Part shown: positions 27,626 to 40,546 of the stretch, piece after piece
How positions within the stretch are numbered: position 1 is the stretch's first letter
Layout of the letters: the number at the start of each line of letters is the position of its first letter
DNA from: Dimorphilus gyrociliatus
Lineage: Eukaryota; Animalia; Annelida
Assembly (NCBI GenBank): GCA_904063045.1
Contig: CAJFCJ010000014.1
Location: forward strand, 2,105,643-2,169,642
Reading direction: 5' to 3'
DNA length: 64,000 nt
Made by a program: the position numbers and the translations under genes
Notes under the pieces: model-generated
Databases searched by the model: none
Seen by the model: only the letters and a program-made list of their open reading frames with translations
What the model was told of the DNA's origin: nothing

Positions 27626-29183
27626 ATTTCTTTTTTAACCGATAACTGCCTCTCTTATTTAGCTATTTGTAGACAATGTAAATCGCACTTGATAAATATA
27701 TTATCACATATAGTAAACGAATGCTTTTACATATAATTCAATTTTCTGCTACTATTATTATATCTGTTTATAATCTGTAGAGTAGTACTTAGTATATACT
27801 GTATATATACTACTATATATACTATATACGTATAGATATATTTACTACCTTTAGATTGAGATTATACATAATTCATTGCGTTCTGTCCCTATTTAGTCAG
27901 CTAAATTTAGATGATTTATATCAGGAATATATAAACGAATGAGAAATATACACTATTATACATTTATTGACAAGGGTGTAAAGTTAATGTAAAGCTATTC
28001 TGTACTATTCTAAAATCGATGTAAAATCGTCTCTTTTCATTAAATAGTAATTATCTATTGTATTTAAGAATAGAATATGTCTATGTAATAAAATTAGAAT
28101 AATAATTAAATTAACGAACAAATTTTTACGTTTTTTTATCAGCAGACGATTAATTTTTGCCATTTTATTTAATCTATTTTACATAATTGTGCCTGTTTAC
28201 AAATTTAATCTTTCAATTTTACAATCTACATAGGGGTATTTTATTTTTATAATCCTACTATGACAGGGCATTTGACAAGTGCATTATTAACTTTCAAGTT
28301 TACAAGATAGAAACTATAGCAGATACTTACTTAGTTTCTAGTGGTGTTCCTACAAAAGAAGAAGAACATGCCAAACATATAGGCCTATTCGCTCTATCAA
28401 TCATGAACTTAGCAAACACTCTTAGTTTACCTGGCTCTAATGACCCACTACCTTTAAGGATTGGAATAAATTGCGGTAATATTTGCTGTAACATATTCAC
28501 TGTATTAATTTCAAAGATTTATAATAATGATAATTTTCCTATTTTTAGGATCAATTGTTGCGGCAGTTGTTGGATTAAAAAATCCTAGATACTGCCTATT
28601 TGGCGATACAATAAATACGTCTTCAAGAATGGAGAGTACGGGATTATGTAAGGATTACGCTTTTTCCTATTTAAATAGTTTATTGCATATACAAATTAAC
28701 TTATTGTATCTTTCATTAAAATCGGCAGCAAATCGCATTCATACATCAGATAATTTCCGCAAAGCTGCAGAGGAAACAGATGCTAAATTCCTATTTGAGG
28801 AACGAGGAAGTATATCTGTTAAAGTATGTCGATCCAAGCCTATTACTATCAAATAATAACGTTTTACATAGCTTTTATATATATATATATATTTATCTTT
28901 CTTTATTTTTTATCCATTTCCTCACTTAGTCTAAATAAACAACAGCAAATAATATAAAAGATAAGGTGATTAAGTAAACTAGAATTTTATTTAGGAGATG
29001 GCAGCACTAATTTTTCAGATAGCTTTTTCTCTTTTTAATTAATTGCTTGCCGCTCCCTCTATCGAAAAAATAACAATATTTTAATATCAAAATGAACAAT
29101 AGTATAATTTACTAAATGTATATTAAAATTAATAGGGTAAAGGAATGATGACAACTCATTGGTTGAATGGTGTTAAGTCTTAG
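21118..29183 (+). CDS. Atypical membrane guanylyl cyclase (TM - ectodomain - TM - S-helix - class III cyclase), no kinase-homology domain
   Basis: Exons 21118-21433, 21518-22250, 28267-28475, 28549-28647, 28729-28823, 29136-29183. Cyclase motifs [87 protein letters not shown]. Confidence 0.88.
24681..26358 (-). CDS. Short-chain dehydrogenase/reductase, DHRS11-like, copy 2 (nested in the cyclase intron)
   Basis: First exon 26227-26358 [24 protein letters not shown], terminal exon 24681-24723 ([13 protein letters not shown]). Same intron positions as copy 1 and an intact frame. Confidence 0.9.
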
Positions 29184-29808
29184 TAAGGATGACGGGACAA
29201 AGCCTAAAGAGAAAAGAAAGTTTTCCAAAGTAATATTTGTTTATGTGTGAAAACATTTTTACTTTACATCTTATTTTTCATTCTTAATATAAAAAAATGA
29301 CTCTAATCATATTATAAAAGTACTATATAATGACATAATATAACACACACACACACATATATATATATATACAGTATATAGATAAAGAAAGAATAATTGA
29401 TTCAATTATTTGAAACGTTTACTTTCGCTTTAAAATACAAATATAGTTTGTACATAAAATAAAGAAAGAAACTATTTCATTACGTAATCTCTCAAAGGTA
29501 TTAGATTCTTCTTTTTTTGAACGTTCAAAGCCAAAATCAGTAGGATAGAGATAGATAGAGATCGCTGTCATTTATATTTCTTTTATTGCATTCAATAATA
29601 AGAATACTCGCTAAATTAACATTCAGAAAAAAGCTAGGAATTCTAATTCTGATATCAGCCTATACCGCAATACGATCGATTAGAATAACAGCTCACCTTT
29701 GGCACACGGCCAACAGAATCGACTTTACCTGATCGTTCGTACACAAGAGTTAAGGCCTTTTTATCCCGAAAATACATAAGAACAAGTTAAAAAAATATAT
29801 TAAAAATA

Positions 29809-31162
29809 ATGAAGAGGTCTATTTTAATAAATTTTTTACTTGGATTAATTTTACTACACTACTGTTTATCTGATGAATTTAATAAAAGAAATATCAGTCC
29901 CCAGAAAACAAGAGTATTTGATGCCAGTGCAGGATATGAAGAAATACCAGTTTTTACAAAAGATTATGAGAATGTTACAATAAAAAATTTTCATGGATCA
30001 ACTCTAAAAAAATTTCCCGATTGCTACAAAAGCGTTACGTTACTGCGTATTTCTAATTCAGAATTTGAGAAGATTGCTAACGAAGCTTTTATTAATTTAA
30101 AAAAATTAGAGGTATGAATTTATTAAGGTAATAATTATATAATTAATAGTACGTTATGTTTTTAGGTGCTCTATATATCTATGAATAAAAAATTTGCCGA
30201 TATCAAGAAAGGGACTTTTAAAGGATTGAATAATTTGAAAAAGTTATGTTTATGCAATAATGATCTGGACGAAATTGAAGATGATTCGTTTAAACCTATC
30301 AAAAATTTAGAGAATTTATGTATTAGTAACAATTTAAAATTACCAGTTAAAGATCTTAAGAAGAATTTAAAATTTCTTACTAACATTAAAGAATTAAAAT
30401 TGAATAAATTAAGATTAGCTAGAGATGATCTAATAAACCTAAAACCAGTTTCAAGTACCTTGGAAAGATTAGAATTATCATTAAATCATATTCACGATAT
30501 TGATGAGGAAACTTTTTCATTGTTTCCTAAATTAAATTATCTCAAGATGAAAAATTCAAGAATAAGTACAATTGAAGAGGACGGTTTTAAAAATCTTCCT
30601 AATTTAAATCATTTGGATTTATCTTCAAATTTAATTGTTGAAATAAAAAGTGACGCCTTAAACGGATTAAAACGTTTAACCTCATTGAATTTATCTAACA
30701 ATTCAATACATGCGTTAAATGCAGATACGTTCAATTGGAATCAATTGACAGAGTTAAATCTTGAAGGTAATTTATGGAATTGCTCATCGTGTAAATTAAA
30801 ATGGATGGCGTCTTTTGAAAAACCATTCTTTAAGAATCTTGCGTAAGTTTATATTTATAATCAGATATTAAATGAATGAATAACCTAAATTAATTGATTT
30901 AATTGTTTCATTTAGATGTTCTTCAACGCACACGGGTGAAAATTTAGTGGATACCGTAAAGAACAATTACTGTAATAACACTAGCAGCAATAGCAGTAGC
31001 GGCTTTCCTGCAGCAGCTATTGTAGTAATAGCTCTCTTGGCAATTGTACTAGTTACCGCATTGGTAATTTTCATTTGTGTGAGACGAAGAAAAGTTAGAC
31101 TATTAGGAAAATCAGCGGAATATAGTCAAGTTTATAATAAGACAACAGTAACATTGACCTAA
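29809..31162 (+). CDS. Type I transmembrane leucine-rich-repeat protein with short cytoplasmic tail
   Basis: Exons 29809-30111, 30166-30842, 30916-31162. Signal peptide, multiple LxxLxLxxN repeats, LRRCT (NLWNCSSCKLKWM...CSS...YC), TM (AAAIVVIALLAIVLVTALVIFICV), then RRRK. Confidence 0.9.
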
Positions 31163-33168
31163 CCTTTCTACATATCTTGAAATTCTCCTATTTCTCTTTC
31201 TCTTATCTTTATTATAACAATTATTACGAGTGGCTTTAAATATCAAACAACAACAACAACAACAAGGAAACTAAACGATGATATTAATATTAGTAAAAAA
31301 CATATCATACGATTCATTCTTATTAACTTATGTCCTTCTACTTTATAAAATTTTTAACAGAGAAAAACTAAAAACTGATAAAACAGGTAAACAATTTTTA
31401 TAAATTCAATATTTACGAAGATAACTTCCTAATTTATTATGAAAAGGGTAATTGAAATATAATTAATTATAACGTATTTCAACTTTATCAATTGATTAAC
31501 AATCTATTATTTTCTTACTTTTTACTTTATTGTGATAAAATGTTAGAGAAATTTGTTTGCATATTAAATATAACAATAGTTATATATAAATATAATATTA
31601 TTTGATGTTTAGAATAGTACCAGTTTTGTACTGGGATTGTTTCTTTTTCTCTTGGTAATTTATTATGTAACCATATTCTATTCATTGACGAAATTAACTA
31701 CTGCCTTGAATAGCGATTGCGAATATTCATATAATTTTTTAGCTTATGAATATTCCGCAAGTGCCAAACTAGGAAGTAATAAAAAAAACATTAAACTGTT
31801 CATCATCTTCTTTCCTTCCTTCCTTCCTTCCTTCTTTCTTTCTTTCTTTATTTCTTCGTCTTCTTTTTAGGAAGAAAGAAACTATTTTTTCTCTATTTAA
31901 CAATTACAATTATAATTCAATGACGATAGATGACACTGTACAGCAAAAAAACTGTAAAATAGCATTGAAATATTGGTTTTTAATCCATTCTTTTGTAATA
32001 TTTCGAATACGAATTATATACTGTATAAATAATATATATTATAAAATGTTATTTTCTGTACTAATCTACAAAGAGGAGAAGAAAGATGACAGACAAGTAA
32101 GATGGATAGAGATGAATAAGGACAGATGGGTTATTCAGAGAGATAAATGAATAAAATGACATACTTTACAAATATATTGTACATATATATGTGTGTATAG
32201 CCATTTGGTGTTTTGAATCAAAATGGGATGAATTAGAATGGAATAAATATAAATATAAAGTATATATATATTATATTCATCTATTTGATTGATACATAGG
32301 ACTAATAGGAAAAAAAAGTCCTACACCATTTATAATACAGTACAGCAGATATCAAGTGATATGGATGAGGGTAAAAATTTACATTGGTACACACTTTAAT
32401 TTTATCTATTCTCTCTAATTAATTAGAATAATTCAAGTAGATCGTAAACAGAAGATGCTGAGATAACATACCTAAAAAAGAAAAGCTGTTGTAACATTTG
32501 CTCACTATTAATTATTATTCATAATTCTTCAAAAGACACTATCAAATATTAGTAAGAAATTTAAAAGAAAAACTTGAATAAAGTAACAATTTTTACTTAT
32601 CTATAATAATTAAATATCATTACGAAAGGTAATTTTTTTCAATACAACATCAACATGAACATTTAATTTCAATAAAACTGAAAAAATAGAAGCAAGGATA
32701 AACGACAATTGAAAGAGAAGGAAAGTAATTTCACAATATATAAACAATATATAATATTCAATTACTTAATATACAAACTTAACTTAAAATTATCTAATTG
32801 TTATCTTACTACTTACAATACTAGCAGGTTTTTGTTACAGAATGCTATTTAGTACAAGCAGCAATTATCAATAATAATATACAATCTACGAATGATTGTT
32901 TCAAGCCAGCATCAACAACGTTAATCATGAGTAATGAAACGTGATCAGTGAGTCACATGACCCTAATTCTAATACCAGCGTCAGTTTCCTGTTACTTTTT
33001 TATTCTCTCTCGAATTTGATTTATTATAGAAATTTGACTCTTTTTTAACTTTTATACTTAATTAATATGTAAATTTATTCAATAAGTATAGAAAGTGTTT
33101 TTGATGAGAATTTTTTGTTATTATAAAATGTTTAAAATATGCATATGTCCTTGATTAACCCATGCGCT

Positions 33169-33199
<31 letters not shown>

Positions 33200-33459
33200 A
33201 TTCTATTTATAGTAAGTGTATAATGTATGTAAGACCAAAGAGTTATTATTCGATGATTTTCAACCTTACTGTTTAATCTCTTGTTGTAGAGCACTGAAAA
33301 AACATTTTTTGTAGGTAAAAATAAAAGACTTTATTTATAGGTATATAGATAAAAACACGCTTCAATATATGCTTTTTATACTTTAACTTACAGCGCTGCT
33401 CGTTATAGGTTACTTTTGAAACTATGTTATTAAAGACATAATGCATCTGTTATATCAGA

Positions 33460-33531
33460 TCCGTGATAGTATAGTGGTGAGTATCCCTGACTGTCACTCA
33501 GGAGACCGGGGTTCGATTCCCCGTCACGGAG
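33460..33531 (+). tRNA. tRNA-Asp(GTC), copy 1
   Basis: 72 nt: acceptor stem TCCGTGA/TCACGGA, anticodon arm CCTGA-CTGTCAC-TCAGG, T-loop GGTTCGATTCC, discriminator G, followed by a TTTTT Pol III terminator. Confidence 0.97.
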
Positions 33532-33913
33532 ACTTTTTGTAGTTTTTTCTTTTATATATTTTATATGTACGTCTTTTATCCCTTTTAATGATGGATAGAG
33601 TTATAGCATATCTTTTTCTATATTATCGTAAAGATTTTTGTATATCCATATTTTATTTCCTTGTAAATAACTGCAGATGGCGCTGTAAACTAGTAGTTCT
33701 TTCAACATATCTAAAATACGTAGAATGTAAGATTACTGCGTCGTAGTTATCAATAGCTAATTTAACGCATACTTTTATTGTTTATTTCCTTAGAAATAGT
33801 GAAAGATTGTTTGTCTAACACATATCTAATTTATTATAAAATTTAAATTCTAGAGTATTGAATTCTGATAAGCACATTGTATATATTCTAAAATAAGCAG
33901 ACGATATACAAGA

Positions 33914-33985
33914 TCCGTGATAGTATAGTGGTGAGTATCCCTGACTGTCACTCAGGAGACCGGGGTTCGATTCCCCGTCACGGAG
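33914..33985 (+). tRNA. tRNA-Asp(GTC), copy 2
   Basis: Identical 72-mer to copy 1, followed by a T-run terminator. Confidence 0.97.
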
Positions 33986-34363
33986 ATATTTTTTTGCTCT
34001 ATTTTTTTTTAATTTGATACAGAACTATGCTAAAACCTTGTAAAGAGAATAGAGAATGAGATCTGGAGGGAAAGAAAGAGAAAATAGAGATAGATAGTCA
34101 GAAAAGGGAAGAGCTAGGGGAAAATAATAGTATAATAAGTAATAAATTATTTAGTTAAGTATAGAAGGAAAAAAAATGTTCTAAATTAAGATTATTCATT
34201 GTGATTCTGGTTTGAAGCAGATGTTTTTAATTTAATACTTTTTTCTCTTTTTATTGTTTTGAATGCTTTTTTTCAGTACTTTTTATTGAATAATATAACC
34301 TGTCTGTAGGGCATAAAGTTATTGAATATACAATATACAGTATACTATATATACTGTACATAC

Positions 34364-34366
<3 letters not shown>

Positions 34367-34429
<63 letters not shown>
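34367..34429. repeat. (AT)n microsatellite, about 31 units
   Basis: Directly visible; it generates the spurious YIYIYI ORF 34251-34436. Confidence 0.95.
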
Positions 34430-34430
<1 letters not shown>

Positions 34431-34784
34431 CTGCAAATATATAGGTCCTCTATCTAATTGGTCACAAAAAAATGATGGATAGTTAGATTTCTATTAATAT
34501 GCTGTTTTGTTATAATTTACCAATACAGTATATTGCTGATTAATGACAATATATAGGATAATATTGGAGTTATGAGGAGGGAAACACATTTAAATAACAA
34601 TACCTAAGTACGTAATCAGTACATTGTAACACATGTTCAAGATTTATGATAATAATAGCATATTGTCATTTGGAATGGAAATGTTTAATTGGTGCTTTTG
34701 AAACAATTTACATAAATAATATATGGTATATTGAATAGCTAGCTTCTATTTTTATTAATTTTTAAGGGAAATAAGGAAAGAAAC

Positions 34785-37372
34785 ATGGAAAATGTTAAAT
34801 CAGATGAAGAAGAGGAAAAATCGGTGTCTTATGATAATATTTTTAATAAGGCTGGAGATTTTGGACTATATCAAATACTAATTTTAACAGCAATAGCATC
34901 ATTTGCAGTATTTGCTTCGGCAAACAATTTTTCTTCATCTTTAACTTTGGCAGATGTTCCTCATGTTTGTAAATATCCAAAAAATATATCTCATTCCATC
35001 CATGAATTATCATCTCATGATGAAAAATTACTTATAATACCGAAGAATTCCAAAGGAAAATTTGAAAACTGTGCTATTTTTGACAGGTGAGTCAAAAGCG
35101 TCTATATACTGTATACATTTAAAATATAAACTATCTTCTCTCTCTCTCTTTCTCTCTCTTTTAACGTTTTTCCTCTCCCTTGAACTAGACCTTATTCTAC
35201 TATGACATCTGATGAAGCTCATTTGCTTTTATCTAATAAGACTTTGTTAGAAAATGAGACAGCTTCAACAATACCTTGTCCTAACGGATACAATTACGAC
35301 ACATCAGAAGCTAGTGAAACGGCTGTAACAGAGGTATTAAATGTTTTTTTTTCTTTTCTATATACACAGTATAAATACATTGTATATTCTTCTTTTAGTG
35401 GAATTTAGTTTGTGGTAAAAAATGGCAAACTGATTTAGCAAGCGTCGTCTATCAAGCTGGTGGATTTTTCGGTTTACTTGTGATAGGATTCCTTGGAGAT
35501 TTGTTTGTATTTTTCATTTATTTTTAATTGTTCTTAATTGATTGGTATTTGTTAAAGACTATAAAAGTTATATGATTTCTACAGAATAGGAAGGCGAAGA
35601 ACGTCATTAATAGCCCTAGTATTTTTAATAGTTGTAACGATACTTAGTGGAGTTGCCAGAAATTATTTATTCTATTTAATAACGAGATTTGTAACTGGAA
35701 TGTTTAATCTTCCAGTTGCTAGTATATTATTAATTTTATGTAAGTTGAAATACTATAAGAAACAAAGCTAAATTCATTCAATAAGTGAAACAATATAACA
35801 AACCTATCCTAGGTCTAGAAATTACTGGACCAAATTGGAGAATTGTCGTTGTTGTTGCTTCTCATATTGTTTGGGTACTTGGATATTTCTTCCTAACACT
35901 TTTAGCATATAAATTAAATAATTGGAAAGTTATACATATAGTAACAGGATCTGTTTTGATTCTATTTTTATCCTTCTATTTGTAAGTAAATTTTTGACTA
36001 TTAAATTTACAATTTATACTATTTTAACGTAATATTTTCTTATATTATTGATATAGTTTTATCCCAGAATCGCCTAGATGGCTATTTTCAAAACGTAAAA
36101 TTAAAGAATGTCTAGAAGTATTAAATAAAATGGCAAAGGCTAATGACAGAAAATTTTTAAAGTCTGCTAATTCTGAAGAATTGAAAATTCTAGATCCTCA
36201 AGTATAAATTAGATAACGATATCAATTAATATTAAATCTATATTTATATTTATATATCATTTTTACTTACCGCTTCTAATCGCAACTATTAACTTTTCTT
36301 CTTAGCAGCAATTGCTGTCAACAAGTGACAATTTCGAATCGGAAGCTTCAACTGGTCAGTGGCAGCAGCAACAAGAAGAGCAGCATATTAAAACAGGAAC
36401 TGTACGCTCTTTATTATAATTTCATATGCATATTATAAGATTATACTATATACTTTATTCTTATTTATATAGGTTGAAGTAAAAACTTATACGCCAATAG
36501 ATCTATTCCGTTTTCCTGTTCTTAGAAAGAGAGTAATAATTCTATGTTTTCAATGGTTTGCTGTCTCTTTTATTTATTATAGTTTTGTTTATGGTTCATC
36601 AAAGTTTCATGGAAATATCTTTATAAATTTTATGATTGAAGGAGCCGCAGAAATGCCAGGAGTAATCCTTAGTCTAGTCATGATGGGTTTATTAGGAAGA
36701 AATAACGTATTATCAATATTATTTATTAGCTGTGGTGTTTCAATAATAATAAGTAAATTTGTTGCGAAATGGCCAAAATTAATATTTATATTAATTAGTA
36801 AAATGATGATAAGTGGCTGCTTTACAACTACATATCTATATACAAATGAATTGTTGCCAACTGTTCTAAGATGTACTGGCTTCTGTTTTATATCTGCTGT
36901 CGGAAGAATAGCAGCCATAATAGTGCCTTTCGTAGGAAAAATAGTAAGTTATCTTTTCTTTTTTTTTACAACTTATTAATATTTTTTTATTAAAAAAAAA
37001 AGGGAGGTTACGCATCTCCTGTCACTAGTTGGACATCTGCGATAATAGCTGGTGTAATGATGCCATGGCTACCGGAAACAAAGGGTCATTATCTACCCCA
37101 AAAAGTTTCGGATATTGACAGGTAATGTATTATGTATATATAGTATTGGCAAGTTCTAAGCGGCCATCTATAATAATAATAATAATTGATCATAATATAT
37201 AAAATATCAACGATTTTAGATGACTTCTTTGAACTTGCATGTTACTAAATATACCCTATATACTGTATAAAGCTAATAAAGAAACTATACATCATCAATT
37301 TACAATTATAAATCTATTTATAGAATACCAGAAGATGATGATAAGGAAGAAAATATTACGAATACACCATAA
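34785..37372 (+). CDS. Organic cation/carnitine transporter-like, SLC22 family
   Basis: N-terminal GDFGLYQ plus TM1, Cys-containing extracellular loop (CPNGYNYD...TAVTEWNLVC), GRRRT, FIPESPRWL, YLYTNELLPTVLRCTG, LPETKG. Multi-exon GT-AG structure. Confidence 0.92.
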
Positions 37373-38806
37373 ACTATAAAAACAAATACATTTTACAAAG
37401 AAAACATCAAGTACATTTATCTATAAATATATACTGTATATGCACTAAATATATGTATATTCCAGTGGATAAATTAGTAAGAAATATTAATAAATTTATT
37501 AAAAATCAACACTTTTATTTGTTGAAAAGTTTTGTTAATGTTTTCTATCGCTCTCTCTTTTCCTCTCTTCTCTTCTCTTCTAATGATTCATATGAAAAGA
37601 AAGACAGAGACAGGCAGAGAAAGAAAAAAAGAACTTTAACAATTGGTCCTTTAAGTTTTCAAGTTATATTTAAAAGACAACAAAAAAAGACTTACGCAAT
37701 TATATATAATTTATTACGACAGGGTAGTTTCTAGCTGTTCACTAATGCTATAAATCTTTAACCTTGACCTTTTAATTTTTTTAAGTTTAACTTTATCTTT
37801 TAGACTAGAAATGTAAAATTGAAGAAAAGTAGATTAAAATAGATAATTGTCTTTATTATAACAATAAAAGTCAGAGAATAAGAAAAGTGATAGGAAAAGA
37901 ATAGCAAAGAAATTGGAATAGATTTATTGGTAACAATCACTTTTTCCTATATTTATATATACATTTATAAAAAAAGAACCAGACAAAAAAAGTTAATTAC
38001 GTATATATATTGTCTATGAACAATAGGTTTAAGTTTCGTCCTAATATTTGGAGAGACAGAGATTAAAAAAAAAACTTCAATGGACACCTCAAACAATCTA
38101 AATAAGAACAATTTTCGTTTAGTATTAAATGTTTATAAGAACCATGTGCACCTGGAGCTTTCTTGTTGCAGTCAACTGACAGAATCGTTAACTTCTTTCA
38201 ATTTCACTTCTTCCATTTGGAAAGAAAAAGAGAAAAGACTTTGAAAAGACTTTCAAAAAAGAAGAAAATTAAAAATTCAATTTTTATTCAAGTTTTTATT
38301 TGATTTGTTTTGTTGTTATTATTTTTGGTAAGAAAAAAGAAATCTATATAGTTTATAATTTTATAGGAAATATAAAAAGATCTGACCTAATTCTGATACT
38401 TTAATCCAGTTAGTGAAACGTATGTACATGTATTTTCCGAATAGAAAGTTTTGCAACTGTATAGATATTTAGAAAAGAAAATATTTAATACGGCTTTAGT
38501 TTACAGAATTTGAGAGAAGGAAGGAGATAGATAGACAGACAGACAGATAATGAATCAATCAGTTAGATAGAGAGAAGAAAAGGAAATTGATCTACAGTAT
38601 TATTATAATTATTATATTTCATATTAAAATATTCTACTCTATTTATTACTATAGGATCTAATCAATACGAATATAACTATTTATCTTATCTTCTCTCACG
38701 TGATTGCCTAAATTATTCCCATTGTTGCCTAATTGACTTATATACTATATATATATTAATATATATATACAACCACTTTTTTAGACTCAAGAAAGAAGTA
38801 CACAAA

Positions 38807-40546
38807 ATGGCACATTTAATGAATATTAACGTTCCTCAAACTCTCCTAAAGAAGGTATTGATAATCTATTTGAAAAATAGAAAAGTTCCATTATTAAGAA
38901 TTCAAAGTGAAATTCCTTTTATATTTAGATTAGTAAGAACATTATATTAGAGGAGGAAGATTTCCTTAAGGTATGTAAAATATTTCGTCAAGAAGCTAAG
39001 GATGGTCTGAATAAAGATAAGACAAAGAGGAAATCATTACAAATGGAAAATACTTTTGTCAGACATCTATTAGATGGCGCTGGTTTGTAATAATTATTTG
39101 ATATTTTTAGCAAATAGGCCTTATTTTCTATCGTAATAATTTATTACAACCATCATTTACAATTCCACTAAATATAGCTTAAAATAGATGAACTGTAACC
39201 GTCCTTGAGTTTTGTAATATATTTAGAATGAACTAATAGCCTAATTTCTTAAATAAAAGAAAGTCCTTAATAAAAAATGATTTTGCATTAATTTTATCCA
39301 AATTGATTATTCTCTTTTTTTAGAATGTGGAGATTATATGGCTTTAGACTTGGGTGGAACAAACTTTAGAGTTCTTTTATGTAAGATGAGAAATGGAGAA
39401 TTACGAGAAACCAAAGTAAAAAACTATAATTTAGAGAAGGAAGTGTTAAGAGGACCATCGGACGGAGTTTGTATTTTATTACAATTGTTTACTATACCTC
39501 TATTCGATAATTTTACACAAAACTATTATTCTCCATAGGTTTTTGATCATATTGCCAATAGTATTGCGAAATTCCTTACTGAATTCAATATACAAAATAA
39601 TAATATTCCTCTGGGCTTTACATTCTCCTTCCCTATGAGCCAATTTGGATTGAATAAAGGTGTTCTTGTTACTTGGACAAAAACCTTCAAGTGTCCGGAT
39701 GGAGTTGGTAAAAATGCTGTTGAAATGTTGGAAGATGCTTTGAAGCGAAAGAAAGTTACAAAAGTTAAAGTTGTGGCAATATTGAATGATACTACTGGAA
39801 CGTTATTGGCCGGATCTTATTTAGATCATAAATGTTCAATTGGACTTATACTTGGTACTGGATTCAATGCGGCTTATGTTGAAAATGCCGCAAATGTTAA
39901 ACGTTGGGGAAATGAAGAAATGGGTGATACGAAACAGGTGGTTATTGATACTGAATGTGGCGCTTTTGGAGATAATGGAAGTTTGGATTTCTTCAAGTCT
40001 GAAGAAGACTTTCTTCTTGACAAGCATTCTAATCATATTGGATCTTTTACTTTTGAAAAATTGTTTGCTGGCCACTACGTGGGAGATCTTGTTAGACTTC
40101 ACTTGAAAAGTTTAAACTCTGCAGGTACTTTCTTATCGGAACCATGCGAAGCCTTGAAACAATGGGGTCATTTTAATGGCAGGCACGTGACTGATATAGA
40201 AAAGGGACACAACGTCGAAGAAATTTTGCAGAATTTACTCAAAGTTAAAGTTAGCAAAGATGATTGTTTAATTGCTCGATATATCTGCCGGGCAATATCG
40301 ATAAGATGTTGCCAACTCGTATCGGCAATCATCCTTGAACTAGGCAGCATAATGGAAAGAAATCATGTAACCGTTGCAATTGACGGATCCTGGTATAGGC
40401 ATCACCCTAAAATGAAATCAGACATGGAGAAAATCTTGAAAGAATTCGATAAGAATAGAGTTTACGAATTTATTCTAGCTGATGACGGTTCGGGTAAAGG
40501 AGCGGCTTTCGTTGCCGCGGTTGCTACTGGCCTTGAAAAAGACTAA
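38807..40546 (+). CDS. HK: Hexokinase, single-domain (~50 kDa) type
   Basis: Four exons (first 38807-38854, second from 38929). Motifs ALDLGGTNFRVLL, PLGFTFSFP, WTKTFKC, VAILNDTTGTL, GLILGTGFNAAY, VAIDGS, DDGSGKGAA. Confidence 0.96.

Noticed and set aside
31637-32150. ORFs 31637-31870 and 31920-32150
   Set aside because: No recognisable motifs, run into simple repeats, and no coherent splice model.
34251-34436. ORF with YIYIYI run
   Set aside because: Translation of the (AT)n microsatellite.
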